Source: Bdellovibrionales bacterium
GTDB taxonomy: Bacteria; Bdellovibrionota; Bdellovibrionia; Bdellovibrionales; UBA1609
DNA length: 64,000 nt
Reading direction: 5' to 3'
Assembly: GCA_041739415.1 (NCBI GenBank)
Contig: JBGSNU010000013.1
Coordinates: forward strand, 2,029-66,028
The translations under genes were made by a program, and so were the position numbers. Numbering within the stretch: position 1 is the first letter of the stretch; each line of letters starts with the position of its first letter. The notes beneath the pieces were generated by a model. That model saw nothing but the letters and a program-made list of their open reading frames with translations, was not told the origin of the DNA and searched no databases. This document shows, piece by piece, positions 16,877-27,006 of the stretch.

Positions 16877-18445
16877 TTATAGAATACGCAAGAGCTCAGT
16901 GCCAAAGCGCTCAACTTTGGCCTCGCCAAAACCATAGATTTCAGCCAATTCACTTTTGTTTGACGGCCGCTTCTCGGCTAGGTGGCACAAACTGCGATCT
17001 GTCAAAATCACGAACGCTGGAACATCCAACTCCTTGGCCTTTTCCTTACGCCACTGGCGCAACGATTCAAAGACGAGCCGATCGGCCGAGTTAAGGTCTT
17101 TGACTCCGCTCAAGCTAGCTGATTTATCACTTGAGCGTTTGCGCAGAGTTCGTGAAGCGATACGCACCTGAGGAGACTTTTTAAGTTCAGTCGGATGCAG
17201 CGGCTTAAACACTCGGCGCAATGAAGTGGGCTCGCAGACATCACAGTGCCCACATTTATCGATGCGCTGTGAGTCTTGATAGTACGTTAAGATTTCAGCA
17301 TGACGACATTCGCCTCCTTCTGAGTAAGCCACGAGAGTGTCCAATGCTCGCCAACGCGCGTCTAGGACCGACCGATTCGCCTTTGAACTTTGAATAAAAA
17401 ACGACTGCAGACCTCGATCTTTGCGGGAGTAGAGGAGCAGGCAGGTGCTAGGCTGTGAGTCCCGCCCGGCTCGGCCCATCTCTTGATAGAGAGAATCGAT
17501 ATTGGCCGGCATATGAAAATGCACAACAAGCCGCACGTCCGCTTGATCGATTCCCATACCGAAGGCATTGGTTGCCACCAGCACTCGGGTGGCCCCTTGA
17601 GCAAAGTCCTCTTGCACCTGGGACCTAGCCTCGGCTGACATTCCCGCGTGATAAGATTCGACATTGGCAAACTCTTGCCTGAGCGTGCTGGCGATAGATT
17701 CTGTAGACTTACGGGTGCCACAGTAAATAATGACACGCCCCGATTGAAACTGTCGCAGGGCCTGCACCACAATCTGTAGTTTTTCATCTTCGTTTTCACA
17801 GGTCTCCACCTGATAGTAGAGATTGGGACGGTAAAACCCGTGCACATGCCGGGCCGGAGATTTGAGTTTGAGTTGCCGGGCAATGTCTCGCAAGACCGTA
17901 GGCGTGGCTGAGGCTGTCAGTGCCAACACGGGAACATCTGGGCAAAGCGACTTGAGCCGGTCGAGCTGCGAGTACTCCTCGCGAAAGTCGTGCCCCCATT
18001 GAGAGACACAGTGAGCTTCATCAATCGCAAACAGGGCGATTTTAACCTTTTGAATCCAGGTCTGAAAACCGTCTTTTTGTGTTCGCTCCGGTGAAACATA
18101 GAGCAGATATGGACCGCCTCGCTCAATCGCGCGAAAGACCTCTCGCTTTTCGGCGATGGTCTGTTGTGAATGTAAGCAGCCGGCTGGAATTGATAAGCGT
18201 TGCATCGATGCGACTTGGTCTCGCATCAGGGCAATCAGCGGTGAGATCACCACAACCAGCTCGCCTCGAACCATCGCTGGATACTGATAGCAAAGGGATT
18301 TGCCGCCACCTGTCGGCAACACAGCCAAGGCGTCACGGCCGTTGAGAACAGAACGCAGGATCTCTTTTTGGCCGCGCCGAAACTCAGTCAAACCAAAATG
18401 TTTTTGCAAAAGCAGAGATGATGGATCTTGGAGGGCGTCGGTCAT
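16877..18445 (-). CDS. recQ: ATP-dependent DNA helicase RecQ
   Basis: FRRGQKEI, PTGGGKS, DEAH, zinc-finger Cys cluster (CRH...CGHCDVC), and a C-terminal HRDC-like domain. I prefer the ATG at 18445 (GGAG RBS) over the TTG at 18478. Confidence 0.93.
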   Translation of the reverse strand: MTDALQDPSSLLLQKHFGLTEFRRGQKEILRSVLNGRDALAVLPTGGGKSLCYQYPAMVRGELVVVISPLIALMRDQVASMQRLSIPAGCLHSQQTIAEKREVFRAIERGGPYLLYVSPERTQKDGFQTWIQKVKIALFAIDEAHCVSQWGHDFREEYSQLDRLKSLCPDVPVLALTASATPTVLRDIARQLKLKSPARHVHGFYRPNLYYQVETCENEDEKLQIVVQALRQFQSGRVIIYCGTRKSTESIASTLRQEFANVESYHAGMSAEARSQVQEDFAQGATRVLVATNAFGMGIDQADVRLVVHFHMPANIDSLYQEMGRAGRDSQPSTCLLLYSRKDRGLQSFFIQSSKANRSVLDARWRALDTLVAYSEGGECRHAEILTYYQDSQRIDKCGHCDVCEPTSLRRVFKPLHPTELKKSPQVRIASRTLRKRSSDKSASLSGVKDLNSADRLVFESLRQWRKEKAKELDVPAFVILTDRSLCHLAEKRPSNKSELAEIYGFGEAKVERFGTELLRIL

Positions 18446-18544
18446 ATGGACTCCATTGTGACCTAGCTGGGACTGCAAGACAACTCAACGTCGTCGATAC
18501 GCTCTGGAGGGCTTTAGATTCTTGGGAGTTGCCGCTGGGCGGAT

Positions 18545-18570
18545 AAAAAAGCCACTCTGTTGAGAGTGGC
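18545..18570 (-). terminator. rho-independent terminator
   Basis: On the minus strand: GCCACTCT-caac-AGAGTGGC followed by TTTTTT, about 30 nt after the stop at 18601. Confidence 0.75.
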
Positions 18571-18600
18571 CTGGTGCTTTTGCGAGCTCAATCCAGAATT

Positions 18601-18999
18601 TTAGGAAGCGCGGCGCAGGGGTGCTGGTGGAGCTGAAGGGTGCGAACGTTTGAAGTTCGTGTAGCGGCGCTCGTCTTGTTTAACGGCGTGCGTGAAGCCG
18701 CGCTGATACTTAGTGAACTCACGATCGAGAAAGCTGTAATAGGACTTGTACATGTAGTTAGACATGAACTTGGTCGTCCAAGACGTGGGCGCAGTGGGAA
18801 CAGCTGCATATTTTTTTGAAAATTTATGGGCCTCTTTGTTCATGAGGGTCCACCATGCATTTGCCTCTTTGGCGTGAATAAAGTTGCCAACAAAAATTTG
18901 TTGTCCTGCATAAGTAAATCCAACTTCCCAACCTTTGCCAGCTGGCTTTTTATAAGCTTTGCAGGTGTATTTTCCGTACTTGTAGTTTCTTTGAGTCAT
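18601..18999 (-). CDS. hypothetical protein, possible AP2-like DNA-binding fold
   Basis: ATG at 18999 preceded by GGAGG. KKPAGKGWEVGFTYAGQQIFVGNFIHAKEANAWW resembles the three-strand plus helix AP2/integrase DNA-binding motif. A terminator follows. Confidence 0.65.
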   Translation of the reverse strand: MTQRNYKYGKYTCKAYKKPAGKGWEVGFTYAGQQIFVGNFIHAKEANAWWTLMNKEAHKFSKKYAAVPTAPTSWTTKFMSNYMYKSYYSFLDREFTKYQRGFTHAVKQDERRYTNFKRSHPSAPPAPLRRAS

Positions 19000-19181
19000 T
19001 CTTGGGCCTCCTGAAAAAAGAGAATCGCGGGGCTGCGATTCAGATAAAGGCCTATCGGTGGATTCGATAGCTAATATAACTTTTTTTATTGAATTGAAAA
19101 AAACTGGTCCGACCAAGGTTGAGCAAGCGCCTGACTTGGCCTCTCGATAGACAAATGCCGATGCTGCGTTTAAGTTAAGAT

Positions 19182-19814
19182 ATGTCGAAACGGATGCCTC
19201 GCCCCATCTTGGTCCCCCTAATTGTTGCTCTCAACATTGGCGTTTTTGCTTTTTGGTCACTGGCGGAGCCTGAGCAACTCAAGCTATTAATGGATAATTT
19301 TTTAGTGAGTTGGATTGGGGTCAGTGAGGGGCGCTGGTGGACTGTATTGACGTCCGTATTTTCGCACAATTTACTCATTCATATTTTGATCAATATGTTT
19401 GTGCTAAATAGTTTTGGTTCATTGGTTGAGCAGATTTTGGGTCGAGCGCAGTTTCTTATGTTTTACCTTACAGCCGGCATCGTGAGCTCATTGACTCACA
19501 TATTTGTCTCCGCCTTTTTTTTAAATCAGCCTGAGGTGGCGGCACTTGGAGCCTCAGGCGCCATAGCGGGTTTAGTGCTGGTGTTCGCACTGATGTTCCC
19601 GAAAGAGAAAATTTTACTGTTTGGCTTGATACCTTTGCCCGCACTAGTGGGTGCCTTAGCCTTCGTCGCTATCGATATTTTTGGTCTAATTGCACAGTCC
19701 CGGGGTGGTGGGCTGCCTATTGGTCACGGCGCTCATTTGGGAGGAGCGCTCACTGGGTTTTTATATTTTATGTTCTACTTGCGCTCACGCTTACAGGATG
19801 AGGACACGCCGTAG
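19182..19814 (+). CDS. rhomboid family intramembrane serine protease
   Basis: Six TM segments, FSHNLLIHILINM (HxxxN), catalytic GASGAIAG, and a downstream His (HLGGALTG). Confidence 0.9.
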   Translation: MSKRMPRPILVPLIVALNIGVFAFWSLAEPEQLKLLMDNFLVSWIGVSEGRWWTVLTSVFSHNLLIHILINMFVLNSFGSLVEQILGRAQFLMFYLTAGIVSSLTHIFVSAFFLNQPEVAALGASGAIAGLVLVFALMFPKEKILLFGLIPLPALVGALAFVAIDIFGLIAQSRGGGLPIGHGAHLGGALTGFLYFMFYLRSRLQDEDTP

Positions 19815-19838
19815 AGCTCGGCGTATCCTAGGGCAGAC

Positions 19839-20684
19839 CTAGCGAAAGAGCTGACAGCCCGATAGAGTCAAATCAATTTGATTGTCGGAATTGAGGCAGC
19901 TGTAAACCCAGTATGTTTGTTCGCCGTAGGAGTATCCCTTTTTATAAAAGATATTGCCAGCTTCGTCCACTTCACAAGGGTTGTTGCGTGTGCATTTGCC
20001 GCCGCTTTCGTTGCCTGTGTTGTTCACCCCAACGACAGTGCGTGAGCCTGAGGCGACGATGGGTGAGCCTGATGTGCCGCCAATAACTTCACAGCCGGGT
20101 CTGGAGTATCGAATGGCATCCACCCAGGTCCAGCTGTCTTCACGCAGCTCGGGCACTATCGACTCCACCTGGCATCGATAGCCACGATTCCAATAGCCAG
20201 AAATGACTTCAATGGCCAACCCAACACTCGGCTGCGTGTCCGCCAGAGTTAGGGCGCGCACTCCATACTGCGACTGGATTTCAGCGAATGACAGAGCAAC
20301 CTCATAGAGCGCCATATCGGTTTTAGTCATAGTGCCGTAGAGAAGACGCGTCGCTCGCACTCTCCCCACTGAATTGCCGTTGGCATTTAGGACATTGAAG
20401 CTGCGATTGGACGGAATATTTGCGAGGTAGGTTCCACTGCGAATAAATCCACGCTCATAGCAATGACCGTTCGTGAGCACCATCGCCTTGTCTTGATCTT
20501 TAGAGTTAACGTAGCGGACGAGGCTGCCCGAGCAATTATCAAGGGCCACGATACCCTCAAAGTCGTAGTTGGCCGTGAAGCTGGACGGAATTTCAGTAGA
20601 CTGTGGACCAAGTCTAGGTAGCGGAAGTGAATAGGCCTGGAGCGAAACGGTAGCTGCTAGAGCCATTAAAATCAGACGAAACAT
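19839..20684 (-). CDS. secreted trypsin-like (S1 family) serine peptidase
   Basis: Signal peptide, catalytic His context LTNGHC, and Ser context GGTSGSPI. Confidence 0.8.
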   Translation of the reverse strand: MFRLILMALAATVSLQAYSLPLPRLGPQSTEIPSSFTANYDFEGIVALDNCSGSLVRYVNSKDQDKAMVLTNGHCYERGFIRSGTYLANIPSNRSFNVLNANGNSVGRVRATRLLYGTMTKTDMALYEVALSFAEIQSQYGVRALTLADTQPSVGLAIEVISGYWNRGYRCQVESIVPELREDSWTWVDAIRYSRPGCEVIGGTSGSPIVASGSRTVVGVNNTGNESGGKCTRNNPCEVDEAGNIFYKKGYSYGEQTYWVYSCLNSDNQIDLTLSGCQLFR

Positions 20685-20781
20685 TTATCCCCCTTGGTAA
20701 GCTGGACTCTAACGCTAGCGGCATCTCTCCAAATCTAAAAGTTACCGCGCGTTGAACTGGACTAACGTCGGGAGTGACCCT

Positions 20782-21192
20782 TTAAGCTAGGCCTACCGCC
20801 TTGAGCCAAGCCGGAGTGGGAAGGATGAGTCGGCGGTTCGTCAAATCAAACAGTCCAACCGTCATAGTCATTTCGCAACAGGAGCGCCCGTCCTGAGTCA
20901 AAATGGATTGCGCTAACTTGCCAATCTTCCCGTCGTAGCTCATAAGCTGCGTGCGGATAATGACGGCCTCACGCAAGCGCAGTTCAATTTTAAACTGCAT
21001 TTGTAAATCTAAAATTACCGGACCGCGTTGCGTGGAACGCACGACCTCTAAGCCGTAGCCGTTACGCGTGATCATCTCCCACCGAGCTTCCTCAAAGAGT
21101 TGTAGGTAGGTCGCGTTGTTCACGTGTCCAAAGGTATCTAAGTGTTGCTCGCGAATCACAAGAGGATAGTCAAAGGTTTGATTGCTGGACAT
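20782..21192 (-). CDS. acyl-CoA thioesterase (4HBT/YbgC-like hotdog fold)
   Basis: 136 aa with DTFGHVNNATYLQLFEEARWE, characteristic of YbgC-type thioesterases. Confidence 0.85.
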   Translation of the reverse strand: MSSNQTFDYPLVIREQHLDTFGHVNNATYLQLFEEARWEMITRNGYGLEVVRSTQRGPVILDLQMQFKIELRLREAVIIRTQLMSYDGKIGKLAQSILTQDGRSCCEMTMTVGLFDLTNRRLILPTPAWLKAVGLA

Positions 21193-21343
21193 GCGGACTC
21201 CATTGGTAAAGGTAAGAGGCGCACGGGAGCCTCCGGCTGGGTTTGGTGCGGTTAGAGTTCAGTTAAATTAATCGTGATTCTAACCAGTGGCTATGCCAAA
21301 CTACGCCCTCAATTGAAGCGTCACATGGGGAGGGAGAACTTCA

Positions 21344-22333
21344 ATGAGTTTTTCATCTGCTATTTTAGGAACAGGCTCCTATTTGCCTGAGGGTTTGCTC
21401 ACCAATCAACAGCTTGAGCAGACCGTCGACACAAATGACGCTTGGATTTTGGAAAGAACGGGAATCGCCTCTCGGCACATTGCTGCGCCTCAGCAGGCTA
21501 CTTCTGATTTGGCTTATGCAGCGGCATTTCAAGCGCTCGAGGCCGCCCAAGTCAGTGCCCAAGATCTAGATGCGATTTTAGTCGCCACGGTGACTGGGGA
21601 TCAACTCATGCCGAGCACGGCCTGTGTGCTGCAGTCGCGTTTGGGCTGTCGATCCATTATGGCGTTAGATATCTCTGCGGCCTGCTCAGGTTTTGTTTAT
21701 GGTTTGAGTATCGCGGACCAGTTCATCAAATCGGGAATGTACAAGAACGTCTTGGTTATTGGCGCCGAAACACTCTCCAGAATTGTCAATTATGAGGATC
21801 GTCAAACCTGTATTCTTTTTGGCGATGGTGCTGGTGCGGCCGTGGTTGGGCGATCTCAAACTTCGAACGCTGGGCGAATTCTCTCAGCTCATCTGGGTGC
21901 GCAAGGGGATTTGGGCGACGTTTTGACTCTGACTGGTGGAGGTTCGCGCCTGCCATTTTCGCAAGAGATATTGGATCAAAAGCTGCACTTGGTGCAAATG
22001 AAGGGCCGCGAAGTGTTTAAGGCCGCAGTGCGAGCGTTGGTCGATCGCTCGCGCGAGGCCCTTAGGGCCAACTCCCTACAAGTGGCTGATCTGGATTGGG
22101 TTATCGTCCACCAGGCCAACATACGAATCATTGAGGCCGTAGCTCACACTTTGGAAATTCCTCCCGAGAAGCTGCTCGTCAATATTCGCGAGACGGGCAA
22201 CACCTCCTCAGCTTCTATTCCCATTTTGTTAGACCAATCGGTCCGGAATGGAAAAGTTAAACGTGGTGACACCGTCTTGTTTGCAGCATTTGGTGCTGGA
22301 CTCACGAGCGGCTCCCTCATTTTAAAGTTTTGA
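21344..22333 (+). CDS. fabH: 3-oxoacyl-ACP synthase III
   Basis: 329 aa with the active-site Cys context ACSGFVYGL, HQANIRI, and GNTSSASIP motifs. Confidence 0.95.
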   Translation: MSFSSAILGTGSYLPEGLLTNQQLEQTVDTNDAWILERTGIASRHIAAPQQATSDLAYAAAFQALEAAQVSAQDLDAILVATVTGDQLMPSTACVLQSRLGCRSIMALDISAACSGFVYGLSIADQFIKSGMYKNVLVIGAETLSRIVNYEDRQTCILFGDGAGAAVVGRSQTSNAGRILSAHLGAQGDLGDVLTLTGGGSRLPFSQEILDQKLHLVQMKGREVFKAAVRALVDRSREALRANSLQVADLDWVIVHQANIRIIEAVAHTLEIPPEKLLVNIRETGNTSSASIPILLDQSVRNGKVKRGDTVLFAAFGAGLTSGSLILKF

Positions 22334-22334
22334 A

Positions 22335-22997
22335 ATGAAAAAACCTCTGCGTCTCGCCATTCTTTTGGGGTTTGGAGTTTGGGCTGGCTGGTGGTTGGCC
22401 AATTATGAAACCACGCGCCGGCAGGTTGCGGCGGAAGAGAAGGCGCGGGCTGCTCAGTTGGCGATTGAGGCAGAGGCCCTGGCAAATAGTGATGATCCGG
22501 TTGTGATTGCGGCTGCGGCTCAAGCCAGGGCCCTCGCCGAGTTTAAAAAGTGGTTAGAGGATGAGGCGGTTGAGGTCAACCGTCCAAAGGTCGATGTCGA
22601 ACAGGCCCAGCAGAAAATGCAGGCCGCTGTACAAGCGCTTACTCCCGAGCGTTCACGCGTCTTACTTGAGACCATTCGCAGCTCCACGGCGAGCGCGGGT
22701 GCCAAAATACTTTCAGTTTATCTATTGATTGAGGGGGGCGAGCGAACGCTGCCTGAAATGACCGAGCTTTTGCTCTCTCCTGTCCCGACGCACGGGGCCT
22801 CTGTGGCTCACTCGGCGACAGAAGTTCGAAACACGCAGGAGCGGTCCATGCGGGTTATGGCTATTGAAGGCTTAGCCACTCGGGCCAAGACGGATTTAAG
22901 GGCGAGAGCCGCGTTGGAAAAGATTGCTCAGACAGCTCCAGATTCAGCGCTCCGCACGCTTGCCGAACAGCGACTCCGTGACATTGCGGCGCATTAA
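22335..22997 (+). CDS. membrane-anchored hypothetical protein with HEAT-like C-terminus
   Basis: Starts 1 nt after the fabH stop. It has an N-terminal TM segment, an Ala/Glu-rich helical region, and HEAT-like repeats (AIEGLATRA...ALEKIAQTAPDSALR). Confidence 0.7.
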   Translation: MKKPLRLAILLGFGVWAGWWLANYETTRRQVAAEEKARAAQLAIEAEALANSDDPVVIAAAAQARALAEFKKWLEDEAVEVNRPKVDVEQAQQKMQAAVQALTPERSRVLLETIRSSTASAGAKILSVYLLIEGGERTLPEMTELLLSPVPTHGASVAHSATEVRNTQERSMRVMAIEGLATRAKTDLRARAALEKIAQTAPDSALRTLAEQRLRDIAAH

Positions 22998-23092
22998 AAT
23001 CTATTGCATCACACAAATAGATAGTCTGACGGGAGAATAAGTGGTTCCACTTTGGGTCTAAATATTTTTATTTAAAGGCAGGGGGCATTAGA

Positions 23093-24481
23093 ATGAACAT
23101 AGCCGCTAGCATGCGTGCAGTTAAAGTCGCTTCGATTGGGTTAATTTTGCTTGGGGTAGTCAAAGTTGCTGCCGCCGAAAGCGTAAAAGCAGGCTGTATC
23201 TCGGCCTCTGATATGACTGAAATTGCAGCCCACTTTGTCCAGTACGAGTCTTTGGCGGGGAAAGAGTACTGCTATGATGACAGCGAAACCTCCGCTCTGC
23301 TTGAGTCTTTTATGTTCATGCGAAGCACAGTCTTTGAAACGTCGATGCCAAAGAGTGTCGATGAGCTCTTCTCTGGAAAGTTTGCCAACGACTGGTGGGG
23401 CTACTTCATCGGGCGAGTCGGTAACATTCGAATCGACACAGGCTGCCCCAAGGGCGTAGTGGCTTACGTCTACGCGTTTGGTGGCGACACTATGTTTGTG
23501 TGCTCAACAGCTCTAACGAAGTTGTTCACGTCAATGGATCGGGCCAGTGTCTTTATGCATGAGGCTCGACACTTGGATGGTTTCCCCCACGTAACGTGTA
23601 AACAGGGGCCGCGCGCCGGCCTGCAGGGAGCTTGCGATCGCCAAATTTCTGCCGGTGGATCTTACGCCGTCACGGTTGAAACCTACGCTCAGCTTGCAAA
23701 ATACGCGACAGATTTACACCCGGCCCTGCGAGCCTATGCGCGCTCAACAGCTGTAGTTTATGCGCACGAAACCTTTGAAATCCCGGCCACCGTCGATCGT
23801 CAGAGTCAGTTTTTGTTGATGTCTGAACAAGGCGACTTTTATCAAATGGATGTGACCGGCGCTGGCACGTTGACTCAATTGGGTCGTACCCCAGCCCTCG
23901 GACATATCGTGATGCGAGCCAACCACATGATTCTTATCCCTGAGGATCGCAACGAAGATTCACGTTTTGTATTCGCGCAAAATCAGGGTGAGATCGATCA
24001 GCAGCCCCACGATTATGCCAAAGAGTACAATGAGAAGTCTCCCACAGAACGTGCGGAGCTTGTGGACTGGCACATCTCTGTTTTATGGGGTGCAAAGGTC
24101 TACCGCAATCGTGTGATTTTAGCCTGCGATCCAAAATCGACTAAGACGCAAGAGCTCAGCTTGCCAAGTTCTCCCGTATCCCTGCTGTATCCAAATGGCG
24201 TAGATCGCGCCGCTCAGGAGGTGCACTTGATCACAGAATCTGGATCTGTGCTTGAGGTGGGTTGTGACCAAGCTCGAACTGCTTTTGTTAGAGCTTCTGC
24301 CTTGGTTCTAGATCAACCGTTTAAACGTCTCTATCGATCGGGCGATCAGGTTGTTGGTTTGACCGGTGCGCAGCAGCTATTTCGCTTGGAGAATGGCGTT
24401 TCTACTCCCATTTCTACAGATTTAGACGGTCAGGTGTTTGAACTCGCACCGCTGCAGACGTTTACCTTTTTTGATCTCTAG
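23093..24481 (+). CDS. secreted hypothetical protein with HExxH zinc-metallopeptidase-like motif
   Basis: Signal peptide and VFMHEARHLDGFPH. 462 aa, with a strong terminator downstream. Confidence 0.75.
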   Translation: MNIAASMRAVKVASIGLILLGVVKVAAAESVKAGCISASDMTEIAAHFVQYESLAGKEYCYDDSETSALLESFMFMRSTVFETSMPKSVDELFSGKFANDWWGYFIGRVGNIRIDTGCPKGVVAYVYAFGGDTMFVCSTALTKLFTSMDRASVFMHEARHLDGFPHVTCKQGPRAGLQGACDRQISAGGSYAVTVETYAQLAKYATDLHPALRAYARSTAVVYAHETFEIPATVDRQSQFLLMSEQGDFYQMDVTGAGTLTQLGRTPALGHIVMRANHMILIPEDRNEDSRFVFAQNQGEIDQQPHDYAKEYNEKSPTERAELVDWHISVLWGAKVYRNRVILACDPKSTKTQELSLPSSPVSLLYPNGVDRAAQEVHLITESGSVLEVGCDQARTAFVRASALVLDQPFKRLYRSGDQVVGLTGAQQLFRLENGVSTPISTDLDGQVFELAPLQTFTFFDL

Positions 24482-24502
24482 ACCGCGGCTAAATTTCTGA
24501 TT

Positions 24503-24543
24503 AAAAAGAGAATGGGGAGTCTTAGGCTCCCCATTCTCTTTTT
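24503..24543 (+). terminator. rho-independent terminator
   Basis: AAAAAGAGAATGGGGAG-tcttagg-CTCCCCATTCTCTTTTT: a 12-bp GC-containing stem plus a T-run, 22 nt after the stop at 24481. Confidence 0.85.
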
Positions 24544-24561
24544 GAACTGGGGATTTTTCAG

Positions 24562-25035
24562 ATGCCAAATCCAAGCGAATTTCTACAGGCTCTACGTGCG
24601 CCACTAATCGAACTGCATCGATTACTATTGAGTCTCCTAAAGACTGATCGCGACCAGACCTCGGGTCGGGTGATGGCCCCGACGGAGTGGTTTCAAGTTT
24701 TATTGGGTGCTCCTGAATACGCTTGGGTGAAGCCACTAAACACTCTGCTCAGTGATGTCGATGCGCTGTCTGAGCAACGAAAAATCAGTTCGGCTGACCT
24801 ATCGATCTTGCATCACCAGATCAACTTTTTATTTTTCAGCGACAATCAAGATGTCACGTCGTTCAATTCACATTATCGAAAGCTGTTTTCGCAAAGTCAT
24901 GACCTGGTTTTTGCCCATGGAAAAATCAAAGAGGCCACGGCCTCCTGGCCCCTTGAACCGTTGCCCATGAATAGTGAGGAGATTCGCTTGGGGTGGCACA
25001 AAATTGGCGCAAGCAAACGCAAGTTGTTGAACTGA
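24562..25035 (+). CDS. hypothetical protein
   Basis: 157-aa ORF with no recognisable motif. It fills the gap between a terminator and the convergent ABC-F gene. Confidence 0.6.
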   Translation: MPNPSEFLQALRAPLIELHRLLLSLLKTDRDQTSGRVMAPTEWFQVLLGAPEYAWVKPLNTLLSDVDALSEQRKISSADLSILHHQINFLFFSDNQDVTSFNSHYRKLFSQSHDLVFAHGKIKEATASWPLEPLPMNSEEIRLGWHKIGASKRKLLN

Positions 25036-25052
25036 GTTTCAGTCGGCCGACG

Positions 25053-26906
25053 TTAGGCGTTCGGATCCAGTTCTTCCCAGCGTCGGTAAAGGCTATCTAC
25101 TTTCGCCTGGGCCGAGGCTAAATTCTGTGCGAGTTGTTGCAGACGCGTTGGATTCGACATGTTGGCTGGGTCTTGACTTTGTTTGACCAACTCGGCCAGC
25201 TCCGCCTCTGCTGCTTGGATATTCTTCTCCATGCTATCCCATTCTCGTTGCTCATTAAAACTGAGCTTGCGAGATTTTTTAGTCGCTGCTGCCGGCGGAG
25301 CAGCGGTTGCGGCTGGTGCTTTGGCGGCAGGTGAATCGGCGCCGGCTCGCTTGGCTTTTTCGCGTTGTTTTTCAATCTCGCTCACCCAGGTCTCCCACTG
25401 CGAGAGTTCGGCGAAGGTCTCAATAATTTTTTCGCCTTGGGCATTGATATCAAAGGCCAAAATCTTATTGGTGACCTGATCTAAAAAGTAACGATCATGT
25501 GTCACCAAAATAACGGCGCCGTGAAAGTCCACCAACACATCTTGCAACATATCTAGCGTGGCCATATCTAGGTCATTGGTCGGCTCATCCAGTATCAACA
25601 CATTGGCCGTGTTGAGCATCAAACGTGCAAGGAGCAACCGGCTCTGTTCTCCCCCCGAGAGCTTTCCAACAGGCATATCCATCTGCTCACCTTGAAACAA
25701 AAAGCGCGTGAGGTAGCTGCGAACATGAACTTTGGTGCCGGCGTAATCAACGTAGTCACCAAGTGGACAAACAGAATTTTGCACAGTCGTGTTGGGATCA
25801 AGGGACTCGCGGTTCTGTTCAAAGTAGGAGACTTTGAGGGATTCGGCATGTTCAACTTTGCCGCTGTCTGGCGTCTCTGTCCCCACCAACATACGGATGA
25901 GAGTGGATTTTCCACAGCCGTTGGTACCGAGTAAGCCAATTCGACTTTTGGGTGAGATCAACAGATCCATCTTTGGTACGATCAGTTTGTCACCGTAACT
26001 CTTTTGAATGCCTTCGGCATAAATGAGCTTTTTTGCGCTTTTTTCAACGTTGTGAAAATCCATTCGGACCTTCGACACTTGATTGCGACTATTGAGAGAA
26101 TCCACCTCTTGCGTGAGCTCTTGATGCTGATTGGTTCGGGCCGAGCTTTTCTTTTGGCGAGCCTGAGCGCCTCGACGCAACCATTCCGTTTCACGTCTAA
26201 GGGTGTTGCGGAGTTTGGTTTCATGTAGTTCTTGCGTGGTGATCGACTGGGCGCGCACCTCGAGGTAGTCTGCGTAGTCGCCGTTCACCCGCAGCAAGCC
26301 GTCTTTATGTCGACGATCGAGCTCCAAGATCTGATTAGAGACCCGCTGCAAAAAAACCCGGTCATGCGTAATGGTGATGGTCGCAAAACTAGAGGTCGCT
26401 AAAAGGTCTTCGAGCCAAATGATGCTTTGCACGTCTAAATGGTTCGTGGGTTCATCGAGCAGCAGTAAATCTGGCTCTCGCATCAACTCGCGGGCGAGGG
26501 CAACTCGCTTCTTCCAACCACCGCTCAGCTCGCGCACGGCAGTCTCTGCACCCTCCGCCGCCTCATTTAGCGATAAGTTAGAGATGATGCGATCGGCACG
26601 AATCATCTCTTGCCAGTCATCGGCGTCTCGACTGGCCTCCATGATTGCCGAATGAATTGTATGGTCAGAATTGAACTGAGGCACCTGCTCGAGATAGCCA
26701 ATGCGCAAACCGCGCTGGGTGGAAACCGTTCCGTCGTCTGGAGTCACACTCCCGGCAAGAATTTTTAATAAGGTGGATTTGCCGGCCCCGTTTGGACCGA
26801 TTAGACCAATGCGCTGGCCGCTTTCCACAGAGAACGACAGATCTTTGAACAGCGTTCTGGAGGAAAACGATTTTGTGATGCGATTAACGCCAATCAGAAT
26901 TCCCAA
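25053..26906 (-). CDS. ABC-F family ATPase (Uup-like, two ABC cassettes, no TM)
   Basis: Two Walker A motifs (GPNGAGKST, GTNGCGKST), two signature motifs (LSGGWKKR, LSGGEQSR), and a C-terminal coiled-coil tail. TTG start after GGAG. Confidence 0.92.
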   Translation of the reverse strand: MGILIGVNRITKSFSSRTLFKDLSFSVESGQRIGLIGPNGAGKSTLLKILAGSVTPDDGTVSTQRGLRIGYLEQVPQFNSDHTIHSAIMEASRDADDWQEMIRADRIISNLSLNEAAEGAETAVRELSGGWKKRVALARELMREPDLLLLDEPTNHLDVQSIIWLEDLLATSSFATITITHDRVFLQRVSNQILELDRRHKDGLLRVNGDYADYLEVRAQSITTQELHETKLRNTLRRETEWLRRGAQARQKKSSARTNQHQELTQEVDSLNSRNQVSKVRMDFHNVEKSAKKLIYAEGIQKSYGDKLIVPKMDLLISPKSRIGLLGTNGCGKSTLIRMLVGTETPDSGKVEHAESLKVSYFEQNRESLDPNTTVQNSVCPLGDYVDYAGTKVHVRSYLTRFLFQGEQMDMPVGKLSGGEQSRLLLARLMLNTANVLILDEPTNDLDMATLDMLQDVLVDFHGAVILVTHDRYFLDQVTNKILAFDINAQGEKIIETFAELSQWETWVSEIEKQREKAKRAGADSPAAKAPAATAAPPAAATKKSRKLSFNEQREWDSMEKNIQAAEAELAELVKQSQDPANMSNPTRLQQLAQNLASAQAKVDSLYRRWEELDPNA

Positions 26907-27006
26907 GTGCTCACTCCGCTGACTCTAATAGGTGTTTCAGTTGCATCCACAATTTCTGCGTCAACCGAATGGTTTTGGCAACGGCTATGCAGTCACAGGC
27001 TTAAAT

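Noticed and set aside
17362-17883. 173-aa ORF within recQ, and similar nested or antisense ORFs (859..1113, 1788..2150, 4885..5322, 13553..13954, 25183..25479, 61643..62071, and others)
   Set aside because: All lie inside genes with strong family motifs, on the opposite strand or in another frame. They have biased composition and no RBS.
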